Below are positions 18,984 through 28,983 of a stretch of 64,000 nt of DNA, piece after piece (position 1 is the stretch's first letter; each line of letters starts with the position of its first letter). Origin of the DNA: Candidatus Aenigmatarchaeota archaeon (GTDB lineage: Archaea; Aenigmatarchaeota; Aenigmatarchaeia; GW2011-AR5; JACRAC01); NCBI GenBank assembly GCA_016187395.1, contig JACPJV010000039.1:5663-69662 (forward strand), given 5' to 3'. The translations under genes and the position numbers were made by a program. The notes under the pieces were generated by a model. It was given only the letters and a program-made list of their open reading frames with translations, was not told where the DNA came from and did not search any database.

Positions 18984-20402
18984 TTATCGCTTCATGGCTT
19001 TCTCGATGTCTTTCAGGTCAAAGCAATATGCTTTCTTCCCTTCGACTTTTGTTATTCTCTTTCTGAATGACTTTGCAAAAACAGCATAGATTTCTTTTCT
19101 CCTGTCGTTGTGCCATTTCACGAGCTTGGCTTTCTCAATGAGGTTTGCGGCAATTTTTCCCGCATCTACGTTATCCTTCCACTTGCATTCGCAGAACAAG
19201 ATTTTCATCTTGTTTTCATCAAGCGCTACTATGTCTATTTCCCTGTCCTTGTGCCACCATCTGCCGATTTTTTCAAAGCCGAAGCCTGCCAGAACAGCCT
19301 TTTCCCTTATCAGATGCTCGACCAGCCTTTCGAACATAAACCCGGAATAATTCTGGAAATCCTTTTTGATTGCAGACAGGATTTCCCCCTCCCTGTACGC
19401 CTCCAGTTCTATCTTGTTCGGATAAACGTACCTGAACCAGAAATTGAAATAAGGATCGACAAGAAAATACAACCTCCTTCGGAATTTCGGCGAAGCAGTG
19501 ACAGGAATTTCCTCTCTTATTATTCCAATGTTTTTGAGCGTTTCGAGATACTTTGACACCATGCCTTTGTCCAATCCGGTATAATTGCATATTTCTGCTG
19601 ACGTTGTTTTTCCAAGCGCAATAGCCTTGAAAATGAGAACATAATTTTTGGGTTCTCTAAATTCATCTTTCAGCAGGAATTCCGCTTCCCTGTAAAGATA
19701 GCAGCCTTTTCTTATGAAATTTTTCCTTATATTCTGCCAGAATCCCAGCTTTGGATCGAATTTCAGGATGTATTCCGGTATCCCGCCGATAACGAACCAT
19801 ATTCTTGCCAGTTCTTCCATGCTGCAATGCGGGAAAAATTTTCTCATGCGAGCAAATAACAGCGGCTGAAGCTCCCATTGACCTGTTCTTCTGCCGTACA
19901 GGGGACTCCCATAACCGAGAACCTTTTCTTCCATCACGCTGACCGACGAGCCTGAAAGTATCAGCATAACGTTTTTGTTCTTCAGTATAAGCTCCCATAT
20001 TCTCTGAAATATCGAAGGGATTGATGGGTTGCTGTGTATCAGAAAAGGAAATTCGTCAATGGCAACAATTACTTTTGTTTTCCTTGCCAGTTCTGCAAAT
20101 GCTATATTTTTTGCCAAAGAGTCGAATAGAAAAAACCAGTCTCCGAATTCAGCTCTTGAAAAATTCTCATCATCGATAAGCTCGGACGCTTTTCTCTTGA
20201 AATTAGCTAAGTTTTCCTTATCGCCTTCTGAAGAGGCAAGAAAGTAAAGCCCTTTCCTTCCCCTGAGGAACTCCAGAATAAGCTCCGTTTTTCCCACGCG
20301 CCTTCGGCCATAAATCACAACAAGTTCTGACTTGCCGGATGAATGCATTCGTTTTAGAAATGCAAGCTCCTTCTCTCTGTTCACAAATTTTGGTTGAGTC
20401 AT
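18984..20402 (-). CDS. Archaeal ATPase with wHTH and C-terminal PD-(D/E)XK-like domain (DUF234 type)
   Basis: FVNREKEL, GRRRVGKT, IDEFP, PLYGRRT, EIDIV...CECKW. Confidence 0.93.
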   Translation of the reverse strand: MTQPKFVNREKELAFLKRMHSSGKSELVVIYGRRRVGKTELILEFLRGRKGLYFLASSEGDKENLANFKRKASELIDDENFSRAEFGDWFFLFDSLAKNIAFAELARKTKVIVAIDEFPFLIHSNPSIPSIFQRIWELILKNKNVMLILSGSSVSVMEEKVLGYGSPLYGRRTGQWELQPLLFARMRKFFPHCSMEELARIWFVIGGIPEYILKFDPKLGFWQNIRKNFIRKGCYLYREAEFLLKDEFREPKNYVLIFKAIALGKTTSAEICNYTGLDKGMVSKYLETLKNIGIIREEIPVTASPKFRRRLYFLVDPYFNFWFRYVYPNKIELEAYREGEILSAIKKDFQNYSGFMFERLVEHLIREKAVLAGFGFEKIGRWWHKDREIDIVALDENKMKILFCECKWKDNVDAGKIAANLIEKAKLVKWHNDRRKEIYAVFAKSFRKRITKVEGKKAYCFDLKDIEKAMKR

Positions 20403-20437
20403 AAGTAGTATACTTTACTATCAACTATTTAAAGCTT

Positions 20438-20451
20438 GGGAGGGGCGGTGA
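20438..20451 (+). repeat. FN3-gene 3'-end remnant R2 (minimal)
   Basis: GGGAGGGGCGGTGA, identical to the ends of R4 and R7; abuts the ATPase promoter. Confidence 0.65.
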
Positions 20452-20516
20452 GATTGGGCAGGCGCCTTAGGAAACCTTTAAAACTTATCGGCTTCTAACT
20501 AATTAGGTTCGATTTC

Positions 20517-22139
20517 ATGACTCGCAAATTCCGCCACCTGGTGGGAACTGCTGCCTTGGGACTTGGCGCTCTTTTGTTCAGCACGGGCGCTGCTTCTGCA
20601 GAGGAACTGAAACAGGAAACAGGCGTACCACAAAAAACTGATGGCAGAGAATTCGAGACAAAGGACAACCACTATGATTTTGGCTGCTTCAACGGGAATT
20701 ACAGGGCAGATCCTGGCGAGCTGCGAAGAGGCTGCAATCATGTTATAAATCCCGGAAAGCTGGTGCGTGTAGAGCCTTCTCTGCCTCCTTTCAGCGAGAT
20801 TTTTCAGCACGAATGGACTTGCACGGCGACTCCAAACGACGGCAGGGTTTCCGGGCCCTCTGCTTCAGATACGCTATCGCCGGATGGATTCATTGACGCC
20901 CGTGTTGACGGCGAAAACGTTTTATTTAAAATAGTTGATCCTGACGGCATATGGAGGTATGGCGCGGATTATGGCGGCGATGGATCCATGGATAAGATGG
21001 AATGGGCAGCTGGCGCGAATGTCGTAGAAGATTCATTTATTTTAACCCCGACCTTTTCCGGAAAACATCCAGTGAAGATAGTTTATTGGGACATGGGATA
21101 CAGATCTAAAGAAAAAAATCTTGTTGTTCAGGCAGGAAACGGCGAAGATGCTGATTTGGCATCATTCTTTTCCTGGATGGAAAGCCACGGATACTCTCCA
21201 GAGATTACCCATGTTTACAGAAAGCATCTGGACCATCCTTTAGTCAGAAAACAACTGTACAGAGATTTTGACATCCGCGAAGGAGGAGGAAATGAAACCG
21301 TGCAATCCTACAGACAGGGCGGGACATTCACGATGGTGCTTCACGACGTATTTCCTACTGATGATGGAGCTACGTCAACTTCCATGGAGGGCGATATTCC
21401 GGCATTGGAGAAAATAGCAGAGAGGATTTTTGGAAGAGATTTCTCCTTTGAATACAAGCCTGAGGACATATCATATTCAGATCTTATTGGGCAAGTCCTT
21501 GAAGACTGCGTTGTACTGGATGGAAATAGGGTAAGGGAAACCTTGAATGCGATGGTAGATGATAGAACTAAAGGCCATGTATTTCATCTTGCAGCTGAAA
21601 CCCTTGAATGGGGCATTCCGGTATGCAGCTTTACAGGCTCTTCACCAGCTTTTAGCACAGAGGAACTGGATGACGGAGAGGATTATGTTGGGGGACTTTA
21701 TTTGCATGAATGGGGGCACGACATTGAACTGCACCATCATCTGGTGAACCAAGCATATCCCTTTACAAACAGCTTCTACGGCACGGATGATATAATGGTT
21801 CATGATTATATCGGCTATGGAAACAGGGAAACAGGCAGGCTGGGAGATCCTTTGACGTTATACGCGCTCGAAACAGCAGACGGGTATTCTCCGGAAACGA
21901 CAGCCAGATACAATGAAGCCATGGAAAACAGCTGGATGCTGGAAGATGCTTACTATGGTATAACGAATCGCCCTCCAACAATGCCAAAGGTTTCTATAAA
22001 CGCTGATAATAGCAGCCAATGCATAACCTGCAATGCTTTCGGCAGCTTTGACAGAAATGGAGATCCAATAACTTACACATATACGTGGTCTATTGACGGT
22101 CAGCAGATGCCTTATACAGATAATCGAATTTGCTGGTGA
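20517..22139 (+). CDS. Secreted putative zinc metallopeptidase, probably C-terminally truncated
   Basis: Signal peptide AASA, HEWGHDIELHH, DDIM; ends shortly into an Ig-like repeat (NRPP...GDPITYTYTW) right before hairpin elements. Confidence 0.8.
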   Translation: MTRKFRHLVGTAALGLGALLFSTGAASAEELKQETGVPQKTDGREFETKDNHYDFGCFNGNYRADPGELRRGCNHVINPGKLVRVEPSLPPFSEIFQHEWTCTATPNDGRVSGPSASDTLSPDGFIDARVDGENVLFKIVDPDGIWRYGADYGGDGSMDKMEWAAGANVVEDSFILTPTFSGKHPVKIVYWDMGYRSKEKNLVVQAGNGEDADLASFFSWMESHGYSPEITHVYRKHLDHPLVRKQLYRDFDIREGGGNETVQSYRQGGTFTMVLHDVFPTDDGATSTSMEGDIPALEKIAERIFGRDFSFEYKPEDISYSDLIGQVLEDCVVLDGNRVRETLNAMVDDRTKGHVFHLAAETLEWGIPVCSFTGSSPAFSTEELDDGEDYVGGLYLHEWGHDIELHHHLVNQAYPFTNSFYGTDDIMVHDYIGYGNRETGRLGDPLTLYALETADGYSPETTARYNEAMENSWMLEDAYYGITNRPPTMPKVSINADNSSQCITCNAFGSFDRNGDPITYTYTWSIDGQQMPYTDNRICW

Positions 22140-22258
22140 TGTCCTCCATATCCTTCGCTGGATAAAGCCAGCGGCTTCCCTGGGAGGACAGCATCGCAAA
22201 AGAAAGCCATATTATTCATCCTCTATCTAAAGATGGAGGCTTTCTTTTGCTTGTAATC
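22140..22258. repeat. Hairpin pair including an IS200/IS605-end-like hairpin
   Basis: TGTCCTCC...GGAGGACA and GCAAAAGAAAGCC...GGCTTTCTTTTGC; the reverse strand matches TTACAAGCAAAAGAAAGCCTC...GAGGATG at 61721-61760. Confidence 0.6.
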
Positions 22259-23207
22259 AGGCAACTGAAAGTTCCCTGTAAATTTCCATATAGGGCTTTG
22301 AAATTCCTGGATCGTCAAATATTGCTTTCAATGAATCTACCAGCGTTTTTTCCAGTTTCATCCCGCTTTTTCTATTTTCAACTGCAAAATGAACCGCCTC
22401 CAAATCTTTTGCCAGCAACCCTGATACTTCTTCTTCGCTTAAACCCATGTCCATGCCGTCATAAATCTGGCTTGCGTCCCGGCGAGTTAAAATTATAATA
22501 CCTGAGCTTTGCGGCCTCAGCTGCACCACAGGCTTTCTTTTTCTGGCCCTTCCTGTTTCCCGGTTAAGTTTTGCAAAGAAATACCCGATTTTCTTTTCCG
22601 GCAGCCCTGTGAAATGAGAGACATCAGCAGGGCTAAGATCAGTCTGGTAAGCCCGCCTCAACATCCTTCGGGCATCATCAGGCAGGCTTTCCCATCTCCA
22701 GCTCAGAATATCCTCTCCACCCTCTTTTAGGATAATATCCCTGACCGTGGCGTGGTATCCAATCCCTGATTTTCTGGAAAGGTCACGGAGGGTGGTTTTT
22801 GCCCCCCTTTCTCTGGTTATTCGAACTTCTCTAAATAATTTTATCAAATTCTCTACTGGAATGTAACCATTATGATCAGACGCCTTTTCAGGCCTCCCCT
22901 GATCATACTCAATCGCCTTTCCATATTCCCATCCTTCCCTTTCTGCCAGTTCATAAAGTCTGTTTCTAAGAAGATTCAGGATGCATCTTTGTTCTTCTTG
23001 CAATTCTTCACCAGCTTTTCTTCTATTTGAGAGGTAAGCGTTTCTTGCTTTTGAATATCTTTCCTGCTGGCCGGTTCGCCTTATATATTTCCATACCCCC
23101 TGTCTTGTTTTTGGCCCTTCACCTATCCTTTCACATTCTCTTGCAATACCTAGTGGGGAAAGGCTGCCTTGTCTTAGCAAAGAGTCTACGTGCCTGTAAT
23201 GTTCCAT
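22257..23207 (-). CDS. Hypothetical multi-HTH-like protein
   Basis: Segments such as TLRDLSRKSGI and LSPADVSHFTGL; start re-called at MEHYRH because the upstream extension is antisense R3. Confidence 0.7.
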   Translation of the reverse strand: MEHYRHVDSLLRQGSLSPLGIARECERIGEGPKTRQGVWKYIRRTGQQERYSKARNAYLSNRRKAGEELQEEQRCILNLLRNRLYELAEREGWEYGKAIEYDQGRPEKASDHNGYIPVENLIKLFREVRITRERGAKTTLRDLSRKSGIGYHATVRDIILKEGGEDILSWRWESLPDDARRMLRRAYQTDLSPADVSHFTGLPEKKIGYFFAKLNRETGRARKRKPVVQLRPQSSGIIILTRRDASQIYDGMDMGLSEEEVSGLLAKDLEAVHFAVENRKSGMKLEKTLVDSLKAIFDDPGISKPYMEIYRELSVA

Positions 23208-23243
23208 AAATGTATGTAACAATAAATGATAAATAGTTTTAAT

Positions 23244-23312
23244 GCCGCCGACGGCAACGAACTTGTGCTTTATTCTGTGAGAGGCAGAAACTGCAACGGG
23301 GAGGGGCCTTAG
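23244..23312 (+). repeat. FN3-gene 3'-end remnant R3
   Basis: Reads AADGNELVLYSVRGRNCNGEGP-stop. Confidence 0.92.
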
Positions 23313-23317
23313 GCAAA

Positions 23318-24616
23318 TCATTTTGCTGCCAGCAGCCACTTCCAGAGGGGGATGAATGTGATATTGTAACTTCTGCCTTTATGCTTCACTTTTCTGCCGC
23401 CTTCTTTCTCTTCTGTTATGACAAGCCCTTCCCTCAATTTGCATTTTTTCATGGCTTCTAACAGACCTTTGACCTCGCGCTCTTCATTCTCCTTTATCTG
23501 GTAGGAAACCTGTATAGCCGTAACCTTTCGCCCCTCCTTTACCAGAAAGTCGCATTCCTGCCTGCCTTTGAAATAATAGATTTCTTTCCCTCTGTTGAGC
23601 AATGAAAGAAAAACTAGGTTTTCATACAGTTTCCCTATGTTGTCCAAAAATCTGAAGCTTACTGTATTTATGAGGCCGGAATCAATCCCATAGACCTTTC
23701 TCGGATTCACTTCCTGCTCTTTCAGGGAATATGAAAATTTCGGGACGAAAAACACCAGGCAGGCATCTGTCATATACAGCGAGAACCTTTCTACACTGTC
23801 CAGACTCAAGCCCGCAAACCTGGCAATTCTTCTGTACGAGATGGGAGATGAAAAATTTGTCAGGTAGTATTTGGCCAACGCCTTGAGTTTTCCCGTGTTT
23901 CTTATTCTGCGGCGCTCTGCGATATCTCTTCCCACTATATCGTCAAAATACCTTTCAAGTATTTCCTTTTTTTCGCCCTTTAATGCAACGAGAGGAAAAC
24001 CGCCGTATTCCATGTATTCTCTCAGAAGCTGCTTAATCTGAATTTTTCTGGAAAGCAAATCAAGCTTGCCTCCCAGCCGCAGTCCCTTAAAACGAAGGAA
24101 TTCCCTGAAATCCAGCGGGTATATTCTCATATCTACCCACCTTCCTGTGAGCAGGGTTCCGAATTCTTTGCTGAGCAATTTGGAAGTGGAACCAGAAATT
24201 AAAATACGCGCTTCCTTCTTTTCATGCAAAGCCCTCACAAACTTTTCCCATTTCGGGATACTTTGTATCTCATCCAGCAAGATGTAGGGAATGCCTTTCG
24301 GCTTCACTATTTCCATATAAGACTCATAAATCTGCTGCAGAAATTCCAAAGAGAGCATATCTGCAAATTTTGGTTCTTCGAAGTTTACATACAAAAAAGA
24401 TGTTCTGCCTTCACCTCTGCCAATATGCCGTTTTATGAACTGTTTCATTAAAGTGGATTTCCCGCTCCTTCGCACACCTGTTATTGCAATAACCTGGTCT
24501 GTGCGCACGAGTCTGTCCAGCTTGCTCAGGTATTCTTCTCTGGATATTCCAGTTTCATGGTCATCTTCCCAGAAATTCCAGCCGCTTAATACCTCTACAA
24601 TTTTTTCATTTTCCAT
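23318..24616 (-). CDS. AAA_14-type ATPase with DUF4143-type C-terminus
   Basis: GVRRSGKST, LDEIQ, LTGR, GGFP, KVYGIDSG, ENLV, ECDF. Confidence 0.93.
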   Translation of the reverse strand: MENEKIVEVLSGWNFWEDDHETGISREEYLSKLDRLVRTDQVIAITGVRRSGKSTLMKQFIKRHIGRGEGRTSFLYVNFEEPKFADMLSLEFLQQIYESYMEIVKPKGIPYILLDEIQSIPKWEKFVRALHEKKEARILISGSTSKLLSKEFGTLLTGRWVDMRIYPLDFREFLRFKGLRLGGKLDLLSRKIQIKQLLREYMEYGGFPLVALKGEKKEILERYFDDIVGRDIAERRRIRNTGKLKALAKYYLTNFSSPISYRRIARFAGLSLDSVERFSLYMTDACLVFFVPKFSYSLKEQEVNPRKVYGIDSGLINTVSFRFLDNIGKLYENLVFLSLLNRGKEIYYFKGRQECDFLVKEGRKVTAIQVSYQIKENEEREVKGLLEAMKKCKLREGLVITEEKEGGRKVKHKGRSYNITFIPLWKWLLAAK

Positions 24617-24688
24617 AGGAAAATAAGTTTATCAAAGTATATAAGCTTATCGGTCATTTTCATGCCTTTTTGACCGACATATTTAATA

Positions 24689-25034
24689 GGATGCCCAGTC
24701 CAATGCCTCGAAGTCTGCCCGTGCGATGTTCTGCCCGGAGAGATGCAGAATCTTCGCGCCAGAAGAAACGGCCGCAATGTCGAATTGTACTGGCCTACCG
24801 AGCCGCTTTCACAGGAATATGGCATAGACAGGGAGGTGAACGCCACACGCGCATCTGCTGACCAGAGCTTCAACCCGGCACGCGTAAACACGACAAGCGG
24901 CTTACAGTATACGGATGCCGGCGTTGCCGGCGACGGCAACGAGCTTGTGCTTTATTCTGTTAGGGGCAGAAAGGCGAATGGACGTTTGCCGCAGCAAACG
25001 TCAGTCTGCACTTCGCAACGGGGAGGGGCGGTGA
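24689..25034 (+). pseudogene. FN3-gene 3'-end remnant R4 (longest), with a 40-nt hairpin insertion at 24973-25012
   Basis: Reads GCPVQCLEVCPCDVLPGEMQNLRARRNGRNVELYW...YGIDRE...YTDAG...LYSVRGR[insert]RNGEGR-stop, an FN3-like pattern (LxW, YxIxR, YTD, YxVRxxNxxGEG). Confidence 0.88.
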
Positions 25035-25442
25035 CTACTTCGGTTCTGAGAGTTCTTTGGTTGCATAAACTTTGATAATATTTTGCTCTTTCAGCTTCTT
25101 GTCATTTGACCATATTGCGCAGCGGAGTTTCAATGCGAGCGCGAAGTAATGGACATCATCGGGATCAGGACATACAGATTCAGCTTGTTCAAAATATTCT
25201 ATGAATTCGCTGGAAGGGACTGATGTTATACTCGCTCTTATCATGAGCTCGGTAAAAAGATCCCTAACCTTTTCTTCTGAAAGACCCGTTTTTTCAGTGA
25301 TGACGTCCAGATTGTTCATAAGTTCCTCAAAAAGAAATTCAGGGATGTAGAAAGTCCAGCTGCTGCTCAAAATGAGATGGCGCGTATGGCTGTCTCTTAT
25401 CAATGCTGCGAAAAGTACGTTCGCATCGAGAACAAGATCCAT
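25035..25442 (-). CDS. PIN-domain toxin
   Basis: LVLDANVLFAALI, DPDDVHYFALAL, WSNDKKL. Confidence 0.92.
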   Translation of the reverse strand: MDLVLDANVLFAALIRDSHTRHLILSSSWTFYIPEFLFEELMNNLDVITEKTGLSEEKVRDLFTELMIRASITSVPSSEFIEYFEQAESVCPDPDDVHYFALALKLRCAIWSNDKKLKEQNIIKVYATKELSEPK

Positions 25443-25670
25443 TTATCTCATCTCTTTGTATCTTTTTGCCAGCGCCTTATTAACCTTTCTGCCGAGTTCA
25501 ATTGCGTCTTCTTCGGTCAGTTTGCTCTCTGCGAGAAGCCTATCCATCTTCTTTAAGAGAATGACCCTCTCCCGGATTGCCTGCCTAGCTACTTCTGACC
25601 AGTTTAGCTCAGGATGTCTGTCCATTTCTTCTTTCAGCTCTTCCGGTACAGACAGAGTTATGCTTACCAC
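25443..25670 (-). CDS. RHH-type antitoxin
   Basis: ITLSVPEELK...NWSEVARQAI; GTG start after a GGTGA RBS; abuts the PIN gene. Confidence 0.88.
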   Translation of the reverse strand: MVSITLSVPEELKEEMDRHPELNWSEVARQAIRERVILLKKMDRLLAESKLTEEDAIELGRKVNKALAKRYKEMR

Positions 25671-25741
25671 AAAATCACCTATCACGTTCATTGTGTTTAA
25701 TATGTTTAATACGTGAACATATTTAAAGGTTGCGTTTCAAC

Positions 25742-25859
25742 TCAGTTAGAGGCAGGGAGGCGAATGGACTGCGAGTGAGTAGACACTTTCTGCAGAAAGT
25801 GTCATTTGCCTCCGCTGCAGGAATGTCAGTCTGCATTCTGCAGCGGAGAGGGGCGGTAG
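25742..25859 (+). repeat. FN3-gene 3'-end remnant R5 with a 79-nt nested hairpin insertion (25759-25837)
   Basis: SVRGR[insert]CSGEGR-stop; insert bounded by GGCGAATGGAC...GTCAGTCTGCA. Confidence 0.85.
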
Positions 25860-25865
25860 GCTGAT

Positions 25866-25964
25866 TATATAGCAAACCAACTTGCTATATGGCGTTTATT
25901 AAGTTGGTTTGCTATATGGGAAAGCACAAATGACATGTTCCGTTTCATTTGTGGTTTCACTATA
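25866..25964. mobile_element. Family B hairpin doublet
   Basis: ATATAGCAAACCAACTT...AAGTTGGTTTGCTATAT then ...TCATTTGTGGTTTCACTATA; overlaps the stop codon of the adjacent ATPase. Confidence 0.75.
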
Positions 25965-27351
25965 GCTTCATCGCCTTCTCCAGATCTTTCAGGTCAAAGC
26001 AATATGCTTTCTTCCCTTCGACTTTTGTTATTCTCTTTCTGAATGACTTTGCAAAAACAGCATAGATTTCTTTTCTCCTGTCGTTGTGCCATTTTACATA
26101 TTTGGCTTTCTCGCTCAGCATGGAAGCAATTTTTTCAGCGTTTACACCGTCCTTCCACTTGCATTCGCAGAACAAGATTTTCATTTTGTTTTCATCAAGC
26201 GCTACTATGTCTATTTCCCTGTCCTTGTGCCACCATCTGCCAATTTTTGTGGTTTCCATGATATTGAGCCTGGGTACCAATGACGCGACGAATGATTCGA
26301 ATTTTCTGCCTACATATTCCCCGCTCCTTTTCTTTATTTCATCCAGAACGGCATCAACATCCCCTCTTTCCAGCTGTTGTTTATTGAGGTATACAAATCT
26401 GAGCCAGAAATCAAAAAAATTATCCTTTAAAGCATATGAACCTCTCGCCTTTAGCTTGCTTTTATAGCTCTCGGTGATTATTTTTCTTTTTTCCAGAATC
26501 CCGAGTTTTTCCAGAATGAAAAGATATTTTGAAAGAAGGCTTTTGTCCAATTGCGTTTTTGAATGAATTTCGCCGGATGTCGCAGCCCCACCGGCGATGG
26601 CGGAAATTATTGACATATAATTCGACGGGTCTCTCAGCTCTTCTCTCAGAAGAATTTCCACCTCCTCGTATAAAAATTCGCCTTTGCTTAGAATCCTTTC
26701 CCTTACATTTTTCCACAGGCCGATTTTCGGAGAAAACTTTACCAGGTAACCTGGAATCATATCAAGAAAGGAATATACGAAAACCAGTTCTTCCATGGCG
26801 TATCCGGGGAAAAATTCCTTCAGATAGGTCACGTCCAGCTTATCGACCTGCCACTGGCCGGTTCTCCTGCCGTACAGAGGGCTTCTGTAGCTCAGGGCAT
26901 ATTTTTCCATCATACTGACTGACGAGCCTGACAGTATCATCATGAGTTTCGTGCCTTTGAAAGCCGAATCCCATTTGTCCTGCAGAACTGATATTATTTC
27001 CGGTGATCTCTCAATCAGGAAAGGAAACTCGTCAAAAATCAGCACAAGCCTCGATGCCGCCTTTTCAGCGAGGTAATCGAATATGCCATCCCAGCTCAGC
27101 AAAGGGGAGGTAAGAAGCCTCGCGTCCCCGAAAAATTCTACCAGCAGGTTATTAAACCTTCGCAGCGTGTCAGATTTTGATTCTAAACGTCCCAGAAAAT
27201 ACAGCATATTCTTGCCTTCAGAAAAATGCATAAGCAACTCTGTCTTCCCTATCCTCCGCCGCCCGTAAAGTATGACAAGTTCCGCCTTTCCGGAGCGGTA
27301 TTTCCTATTCAGGAAATTTAGTTCGTCGTCTCTATCAAAAAAATGCATCAT
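25960..27351 (-). CDS. Archaeal ATPase with wHTH and PD-(D/E)XK-like domain (DUF234 type)
   Basis: FFDRDDEL, GRRRIGKT, FDEFP, PLYGRRT, EIDIV...CECKW. Confidence 0.93.
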   Translation of the reverse strand: MMHFFDRDDELNFLNRKYRSGKAELVILYGRRRIGKTELLMHFSEGKNMLYFLGRLESKSDTLRRFNNLLVEFFGDARLLTSPLLSWDGIFDYLAEKAASRLVLIFDEFPFLIERSPEIISVLQDKWDSAFKGTKLMMILSGSSVSMMEKYALSYRSPLYGRRTGQWQVDKLDVTYLKEFFPGYAMEELVFVYSFLDMIPGYLVKFSPKIGLWKNVRERILSKGEFLYEEVEILLREELRDPSNYMSIISAIAGGAATSGEIHSKTQLDKSLLSKYLFILEKLGILEKRKIITESYKSKLKARGSYALKDNFFDFWLRFVYLNKQQLERGDVDAVLDEIKKRSGEYVGRKFESFVASLVPRLNIMETTKIGRWWHKDREIDIVALDENKMKILFCECKWKDGVNAEKIASMLSEKAKYVKWHNDRRKEIYAVFAKSFRKRITKVEGKKAYCFDLKDLEKAMKL

Positions 27352-27396
27352 GAGTATATACTTATACTTCAACTATTTAAAGTTTTGCTTGGAGGC

Positions 27397-27540
27397 GCAT
27401 CCGCAGACAGAAGATTCAACCCGGCGCGCGCAAACACGACAAGCGGGCTGAGCTATACTGACGCCGGCGTCGCCGCCGACGGCAACGAGCTTGTGCTTTA
27501 TTCTGTTAGGGGCAGGAACTGCAACGGGGAAGGGAATTAG
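27397..27540 (+). repeat. FN3-gene 3'-end remnant R6
   Basis: Reads ASADRRFNPARANTTSGLSYTDAGVAADGNELVLYSVRGRNCNGEGN-stop. Confidence 0.93.
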
Positions 27541-28784
27541 GCAGCAAGCAACCATTTCCACAGAGGCATGAACTTCACCTTGGCTTTTATTCCGAACCAC
27601 TTTACCTGTTTTTGCGCTTCATAGTCCTCTGTTATGATAACCAGATTTCTGCATTTGAGTTCTTTCCCCGCTTTTACAAGCGCCCTGACTTCCCTGTTCC
27701 TCGTCTTTATATCGCTGACGTCGCAGCAGACCTGAATCAGCTGCTTTACCTTGATACCTTTCTTTACAACAAAGTCGACTTCCTCCTGCTGCGGATTTTT
27801 CCAGTAATAAATCCTTGCAATGCCGTTCATTTCACGCTTTTTGAGCTCGATTGCAACGGCATTTTCATACAGCCTTCCCGTATCAGGGCTCAGCCTGAAA
27901 GCTTTTGCATAGACAAATCCGTTGTCGATGCAGTATATTTTCTTGCTGAAAGCTATCTGCTCTTTTACCTTTGGTGAAAATCTTTCTATCCTGAAGAAAA
28001 TAAAGGCTTCTTCCAGATAGTTCAGGTACCTCTCCACTGTATGAACGCTTTTGCATTTCGCGATTTTGCTCAGCGTGTTGTAGGAAAACTCCCTTGCTAT
28101 ATTGGAAACAAGATAAGCGGCAAGGTCCTCAATAGCGCGTACAGACCTTATCCTGTATCTTTTCACTATGTCTTTAAAGATTATGGAGCTGAACAGGGTT
28201 GAGAGATAATCCATGTGATCCAGTTTTTTAACCAGAGGTTCCGGATAGCCGCCGTGAGTAATGTAAAAAACCAACCTTTCCTTTATTTCGCTTTTCGTCA
28301 ATTCCCTGTTCTCAAGCATGAGAAATTCCTGAAAAGAAAACGGGAAGATGTTTATAAGGGTGTGCCTGCCAGTCAGATGCGTCGCCATCTCCCTGCTGAG
28401 CAGCTTTGAATTGCTCCCGGTAATAACAAGATTGTACCCCTGCCTCTGCAGCCTGTTTGCAAACAGTTCCCACTTGTCTATATTCTGAATCTCATCGAGC
28501 AGAAGGCATTTCGGAGCCTTATATATAGAGTTTAGCGCATCGATTATTTCATCATAATTTTTCACTTCCACAAGTTTTTCGTCATCAAAATTGGCGTACC
28601 CAAAAACTCCAAATCTGTTCAGTGCATGGGTGGCAAAAAATGATTTACCTGACCTTCTCGGTCCTATAATCACCTTTATCATAGTGCTGTCCAAGTTTTT
28701 GATATTCACGTTTCTTTCTACATAGCTTTCTTGCAGCTTTTTTTCAAGCTCCCTTTTCTGAATAAGCAGTATATCCCTCAGCAT
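27537..28784 (-). CDS. AAA_14-type ATPase with DUF4143-type C-terminus
   Basis: GPRRSGKS, LDEIQ, LTGR, GGYPE, KIYCIDNG, ENAV, EVDF. Confidence 0.93.
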   Translation of the reverse strand: MLRDILLIQKRELEKKLQESYVERNVNIKNLDSTMIKVIIGPRRSGKSFFATHALNRFGVFGYANFDDEKLVEVKNYDEIIDALNSIYKAPKCLLLDEIQNIDKWELFANRLQRQGYNLVITGSNSKLLSREMATHLTGRHTLINIFPFSFQEFLMLENRELTKSEIKERLVFYITHGGYPEPLVKKLDHMDYLSTLFSSIIFKDIVKRYRIRSVRAIEDLAAYLVSNIAREFSYNTLSKIAKCKSVHTVERYLNYLEEAFIFFRIERFSPKVKEQIAFSKKIYCIDNGFVYAKAFRLSPDTGRLYENAVAIELKKREMNGIARIYYWKNPQQEEVDFVVKKGIKVKQLIQVCCDVSDIKTRNREVRALVKAGKELKCRNLVIITEDYEAQKQVKWFGIKAKVKFMPLWKWLLAA

Positions 28785-28835
28785 GGTTTATCATAGTGCA
28801 CAAAAGTATATAAATTTATGCATTATGAATCTTAT

Positions 28836-28979
28836 GCATCAGCAGACAGGAGCTTCAACCCGGCACGTGTAAATACGACAAGCGGACTTACTTATACTGA
28901 TGCTGTTGTCGTAGCCGACGGCAACGAGCTTGTGCTTTATTCTATCCGCGGCAGGAACCGCAACGGGGAGGGGCGGTGA
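28836..28979 (+). repeat. FN3-gene 3'-end remnant R7
   Basis: Reads ASADRSFNPARVNTTSGLTYTDAVVVADGNELVLYSIRGRNRNGEGR-stop. Confidence 0.93.
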
Positions 28980-28983
28980 GGAT

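Noticed and set aside
23208..23339. N-terminal extension of ORF 22257-23339
   Set aside because: It is the antisense of repeat R3 and overlaps the ATPase stop; the true start is more likely 23207
24973..25012. Family G inserts as bulge-helix-bulge mRNA introns
   Set aside because: A GCAG:CTGC 4-bp helix with 3-nt bulges can be drawn and removal restores frame, but canonical cuts give Ile/Val/Ala at the conserved Asn, the inner helix does not abut the bulge, and the same element occurs in other contexts; not supported, though not fully excluded
18987..26248. Diversity-generating retroelement TR/VR pair
   Set aside because: No reverse transcriptase in the window, both copies lie in intact genes, and differences are not confined to adenines
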